Below, piece by piece: positions 53,551 to 57,775 of a stretch of 57,775 bases of DNA. The translations under genes were made by a program, and so were the position numbers. Source of the DNA: an uncultured archaeon (GTDB lineage: Archaea; Asgardarchaeota; Thorarchaeia; Thorarchaeales; Thorarchaeaceae); NCBI GenBank assembly GCA_964558645.1, contig CAZLEV010000018.1, positions 1 through 57,775 on the forward strand. The letters are read 5' to 3'. Below the pieces are notes generated by a model, which was given only the letters and a program-made list of their open reading frames with translations, had not been told where the DNA came from and searched no databases. Position 1 is the stretch's first letter. The number at the start of each line of letters is the position of its first letter.

Positions 53551-56484
53551 ATGCCAAAAGAAGCAGATATCCACTTCGAGTTGTATCGGCATCTCCAGAA
53601 TGCTGTTGAGAAGAAGGCTAAGTATCACGGCTTGGAGTATGGCAAGGTCATCCCCGAGAAAGAGGTGGACTCCGGAAGAGCGGACATCGTCATCGAAGAT
53701 GCACGTGGTCGAGCAGTGCTCGTTATTGAGGCCAAGAGAGAAGTCAGGGAGAGATATCATAGAGATCTGGACCCTTATTCGCCCCATGTCATTGGGCAGG
53801 CGTTCAACTATGCAGGACGACTGGGAGCAGAATACTTCGCCACGTACAACGGAGGATACCTAGTCCTCTTTCGAACGTTCGAGGAGGGTGTTCCACTCCT
53901 CAAACGGAAGAGTCGTGCATATCGTGTTCGCAACACCAAGGTGTTTGCGGGTGAACTGCTTGAGCAGTTGGCAGCCATAGAGAAGGGTCGGCTGGGTTGG
54001 GAACCTGACCCACAAGCGTTTGTCAACAGACTTCGGGTTTTCCACCAACGGCTGGCAGATGAGCTTCTGTCGCAACTTGATAGCCTCGGTGACGAATTCT
54101 TCCAGACGTTCAATGAGTGGACTGCGAAGCAGGGATGGGATGGTGATAGCCAAGAGCAAAGATCGAGGTTCGCACGACAGGCCGCATACCTACTCATGAA
54201 CAAGCTTCTCTTCTACAAGGTGTTAGAGGACACAGGGCATGATGTACCCACGATTGACTCTGAAGCCCTTGTAGACCCGGAGAAACGGCGTGAGAGCTTC
54301 AAGAGGATTACTGACAGAGTGGACTTTGAGGCAATCTATGCTCACGATCCCCTGTTCGACCGGATCCCCCTCTCAGAGAGAGCCACACTGGAAACGCAGG
54401 AGTTCTTGGAAGAACTGGAACGCTATGACCTGGACAGATTTCAATACGACACCATCGGCCATATCTATGAAGACATAATCCCTATCAAGGAGAGGCATGA
54501 CCTCGGGCAATACTATACACCGCCAGAGGTTGTGGAACTAATCACTCGAATGACAATCCTCGACCCCGATGCGCTAGTGCTTGACCCTGCATGTGGCAGC
54601 GGCTCGTTTCTGGTAAGAGCCTACAACAGGCTCCGCGAGCTCAAGCACCAACCTGGGCGAGAATACGGACACAAGGAGACCATCTCACAGCTCTTTGGAA
54701 TCGACATCAACCGTTTTCCTGCACACCTCTCTGCCATCAACCTGGCATTACAGAATCTGAAGGAACAGACAAAGGACGTGAACATCATAGTGGCCGACTT
54801 CTTTGACATTGCTCATGGCCAAGACCGTCTGTTCACTGAGACTGTCAGTCTGAGTAAGCCCGTTGACAGCCCCCTTTATGTGAGTGTGCAACCAACGAGA
54901 TCATACGTCGATGCAGTAGTTGCAAACCCGCCTTATATTCGTCAAGAGAAGATCGATGACAAGGAGAAATGCCGGAACCATCTTGTAGAGCTTGGATATG
55001 CTGACATGAGCGAGAGGTCAGATATCTACGTGTATTTCTTCACCCACTCCACTCAGTTCCTGAAAGAGGGTGGCAGGATGGGCTATATCACATCGGAGAA
55101 ATGGCTCACCGCCGGGTACGGCAGCGACCTACAGAAGTTCTTCCTCGACAACTACAAGATACTTGCCATCGTCAGCTTCAGCAGACGTGTCTTCACGGAT
55201 CCGCTTGTTCCCACCTGTGTTACTATTCTCGAGAAATCCAATTCCAGCGAAGAACGGAATAGCCACGTTGCAACCTTCCTTAGAGTGAGAAAGCCAATTG
55301 ATATCGATGAGCTCATCGAGATACTGAACACAAGTAGACCACCCGGCACAATCGAAGAGCAAGAGAGCTATCGGCTCATTGCGCTCACACAGAGCGAACT
55401 AGCCACTGCCAGCAAGTGGAACCGGTTTCTCACCGCACCGACCCTCTACTGGGACCTGTTAGGGCATGAGAGAATATGTGCGATGAAAGATGTGGCCGAG
55501 GTCACTCGCGGCATCACGACGGGGGCCAACGACTTCTTCTACCTGAAGGTCGATGAACTGGGCTCTTGGCCCATTACCGAGCAGTTTGTAAGCCCTCTGG
55601 TGAAGTCCATCAAACAGGCAGACAGACTTGAGTTCCGCCACTCAGACACCGACTTTGTAATCCTCGACCTCAGCGACTACGTTGAGCAGGTTCTCTCCGA
55701 AGCAAAGGATGAGATCCAGACCGACATTCATCTCCAGAATCTGCCAAGCGTGGCTCTGCCAGACGAACTCACACCGGAGGAGATCTATGTCTTGGACCGC
55801 ATGTATCAAGATGGTCACAAGGGACTATACCGATACATCATCACTTCCATGTGGGAAAAGGACTGGGAACGAGGGGGGCCTCCTCAGAGGAGGGCAACCT
55901 GCCTCCAGTATCGTAGTCGCAACAAGTGCTGGTTCAATCTTGGTGACTTGAAGAAACCTGAGCTCTTTGCGGCCAAAGGATACTGGGACGATATGCTGGT
56001 ACCACTGAATCGTGATAGACTGGTGATTGATTGTCGACTCTATCAGATTCACAGTGAGTATGGACTCGTGTTGGCTGGCATATTGAACTCAAGTCTCACC
56101 CGGTTCTTCCGAGAGATACATGCTCGAATAACGGGAGGAGGAATGAGCGAGATGATGGTCTACGAGATGGAACGGATGCCTATTCTCAATCCTAGGACTC
56201 TCTCGGAAACAGAGGCAGAACGGATTGCAGAGTCTATATCGGACATAATCAAGGATGGTGAAACGAGAAGCACAGATTTGGACAAGGCCGTCCTTGCCCC
56301 TCTCGGACTGGAGGAGCGTGTGTCTGAGTTCAACGACCTTGTCAATGGAATATCAGAGGCACGAAGACAGGGGAAGGATGTTTCACTCATGCTCGATGGC
56401 GTTGAAGGTGCTGAACGGGTCACTACCTTGAGAGGTGCAGATGTGATAGATAGATCGAATCAGACTAGGCTGACTGACTTCTAG
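53551..56484 (+). CDS. Type IIG-like restriction-modification fusion (HSDR_N-type nuclease + gamma-class N6-adenine MTase + TRD)
   Basis: RADIVI..LVIEAK..QAFNYA..ATYNG; GQYYTP; motif I VLDPACGSGSFL; motif IV VANPPYIRQE; RGITTGANDFF; GILNSS. ATG 53551 after GAGGGGG. Confidence 0.92.
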   Translation: MPKEADIHFELYRHLQNAVEKKAKYHGLEYGKVIPEKEVDSGRADIVIEDARGRAVLVIEAKREVRERYHRDLDPYSPHVIGQAFNYAGRLGAEYFATYNGGYLVLFRTFEEGVPLLKRKSRAYRVRNTKVFAGELLEQLAAIEKGRLGWEPDPQAFVNRLRVFHQRLADELLSQLDSLGDEFFQTFNEWTAKQGWDGDSQEQRSRFARQAAYLLMNKLLFYKVLEDTGHDVPTIDSEALVDPEKRRESFKRITDRVDFEAIYAHDPLFDRIPLSERATLETQEFLEELERYDLDRFQYDTIGHIYEDIIPIKERHDLGQYYTPPEVVELITRMTILDPDALVLDPACGSGSFLVRAYNRLRELKHQPGREYGHKETISQLFGIDINRFPAHLSAINLALQNLKEQTKDVNIIVADFFDIAHGQDRLFTETVSLSKPVDSPLYVSVQPTRSYVDAVVANPPYIRQEKIDDKEKCRNHLVELGYADMSERSDIYVYFFTHSTQFLKEGGRMGYITSEKWLTAGYGSDLQKFFLDNYKILAIVSFSRRVFTDPLVPTCVTILEKSNSSEERNSHVATFLRVRKPIDIDELIEILNTSRPPGTIEEQESYRLIALTQSELATASKWNRFLTAPTLYWDLLGHERICAMKDVAEVTRGITTGANDFFYLKVDELGSWPITEQFVSPLVKSIKQADRLEFRHSDTDFVILDLSDYVEQVLSEAKDEIQTDIHLQNLPSVALPDELTPEEIYVLDRMYQDGHKGLYRYIITSMWEKDWERGGPPQRRATCLQYRSRNKCWFNLGDLKKPELFAAKGYWDDMLVPLNRDRLVIDCRLYQIHSEYGLVLAGILNSSLTRFFREIHARITGGGMSEMMVYEMERMPILNPRTLSETEAERIAESISDIIKDGETRSTDLDKAVLAPLGLEERVSEFNDLVNGISEARRQGKDVSLMLDGVEGAERVTTLRGADVIDRSNQTRLTDF

Positions 56485-56664
56485 AGGACCTAGTGAAACG
56501 GGGCAGAGGATGGGGAACCTCTGAGCAGCTGGGCGGTCCGTCAGATGCTAGTTCCTTGCAAGCACGGCCAGGAATCCGGAGCGCCTTCAGGTTGATTTTC
56601 GTATATTCAAACTGTCTACTCCCGGCTGTATGCATGTTCTCCCAGAACGTATTAATACAATAGG

Positions 56665-56750
56665 GTGGCGACCTCGCGGGTAATCGTGGTAGGAGGGGGG
56701 GAGTTTCGTAATGAGGGCATGTAACGAAAACTAGCCCGCAGGGCCGCCAT
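56665..56750 (+). other. Nested inverted-repeat element (possible structured RNA) behind a palindromic TATA-like box
   Basis: GTGGCGACCTCGCGGG pairs with CCCGCAGGGCCGCCAT; inner AGTTTCGT/ACGAAAACT; GTATTAATAC palindrome at 56649-56658. Confidence 0.45.
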
Positions 56751-56865
56751 GTCTCCGCTGGTCCGTACCACTCGATATAGCCTCTCCGCGGTTCCTAATA
56801 AAGCCTTATCATTTGACAGCGAGGGGTGCTTTTCTACCTCTCACGGATACACCATACTGATCACC

Positions 56866-57231
56866 ACGGGCCGAACCGTTCGAACGTTCCGAGAGGCAAT
56901 CGACATAGAGGAACAGCGATGGAAACAGGTCAGACAAACACTCCGACCTTGGGACCGTGAGGCACTGGACTGGATCTTCAACGCAGCACGACAGCACGGC
57001 GATGCCGGGACCATGTGCACCTCCCCGCGCATGATCGAGGTCACCATGCTCTTCGCTCTAATCGAGATTGTCAAGCGGCTGGATGTTGTCGAGAAGAAGC
57101 CGAGTGTATTGCTGCGAAAGCAATCAGTGATATTCATAAGCGAAGACAATCATCAGCAGCCTGGGGGACACCGTAGCCCGCCGTTGGAGCATAACGACTC
57201 AACTCTGTGTGTCCACATGCAAGTAAGCTGA
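56866..57231 (+). pseudogene. PolB2-operon-associated small helical protein (arCOG07300-like); expected ATG is ACG
   Basis: (T)GRTVRTFREAI..EEQRWK..R..LR..DREALD.IF..AR.H.DA..E..L..LIEI.KRL matches the MGRT.P.. family pattern. Confidence 0.6.
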
Positions 57232-57234
57232 GGA

Positions 57235-57775
57235 ATGGCAATGGATGACTCGGACGAACAGATGGAGAATAAACAGCGGCTTCTGGATACGATAGAGCGC
57301 CGCAGACGCCTGTACGATGGTGCTTTCATCGGTCTGGCTATGAAGAGAGAGGACAGACTATCTCTGAAATACTGTATTGTCCGGTTCTTGCACAGATCCG
57401 AGGGTGAACCTGACACTGGCGTCTATGATTACGGGTCGATGGTGATCGGAGCTTACACAGTTGAGGTTGAGGCGGCTGTTTCGTTCATCTCCGAGCTGCT
57501 GGACACTTCAACCGTGACAATTGACGGAGTCGAGTCGGAAGTCGTAGACCTCCAGATTGGGGAAACAAAGCATATTGACTCAGAAGGAAGGTATGGCCGG
57601 TTTGTCTATGATTGGCCGGTCATACATTGCGAACTGAGAACTGGTGACGTACGTATCGGAGGAGCATTTCCGAGCAAGATAGACCTGCCATACTATCCGC
57701 ACTACACCGACGCAATACGAGACTTGCTCAAGCTAGCCCCTGATGCAAACCCGGAGAACATCGACCTCTTCATGC
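57235..57775 (+). CDS. Hypothetical protein, truncated by the window end (not in the ORF track)
   Basis: MAMDDSDEQMENKQRLLDTIERRRRLYDGAFIGLAM...DLPYYPHYTDAIRDLL..., open to position 57775. Confidence 0.7.
   Translation, partial: MAMDDSDEQMENKQRLLDTIERRRRLYDGAFIGLAMKREDRLSLKYCIVRFLHRSEGEPDTGVYDYGSMVIGAYTVEVEAAVSFISELLDTSTVTIDGVESEVVDLQIGETKHIDSEGRYGRFVYDWPVIHCELRTGDVRIGGAFPSKIDLPYYPHYTDAIRDLLKLAPDANPENIDLFM

Noticed and set aside
1-57775. CRISPR array, rRNA, tRNA, integrase/att site
   Set aside because: I saw no regularly spaced repeats, no rRNA or tRNA signatures and no recombinase motifs by eye. A tRNAscan-SE/Infernal run would be needed to exclude intron-containing tRNAs.

Overview
Archaeal chromosomal window, most likely from an Asgard archaeon. 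This is inferred from a Snf7/ESCRT-III gene, a short histone-fold gene, Fae domains, a tungsten AOR and TATA/SD-type signals; a Thorarchaeia-like lineage is my best guess. Positions ~1-37,700 are a dense housekeeping and metabolic region: HAD phosphatases, Mrp, IMPase, ThrC, SurE, WecB, nucleoside salvage, and a GDH-IlvE-ferredoxin-AOR amino-acid catabolism cluster. From ~38,000 to the end is an accessory/defence island with a dead IS5-family element (TIRs and a 3-bp TSD), PD-(D/E)XK nucleases, HEPN/AbiJ-like genes, a Type IIG-like R-M fusion, paralogous membrane proteins and virus-like small ORFs. The main observations are: (1) two tandem DapA-like aldolase-Fae fusion genes with complementary Fae motifs, a candidate formaldehyde/pyruvate aldolase system; (2) a chlI/chlD-like AAA+/vWA locus split by an A9 -1 frameshift site, with a transmembrane segment ahead of the vWA domain; (3) a 56-aa histone missed by the ORF track; (4) an orphan Vps20/32/60-like ESCRT-III and a CdvA-like duplicated coiled-coil protein; (5) an R-M enzyme ending in a PIP-box-like motif, next to an internally duplicated nuclease. 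I saw no rRNA, tRNA, CRISPR array or integrase. All calls come from reading motifs by eye; no searches were run.
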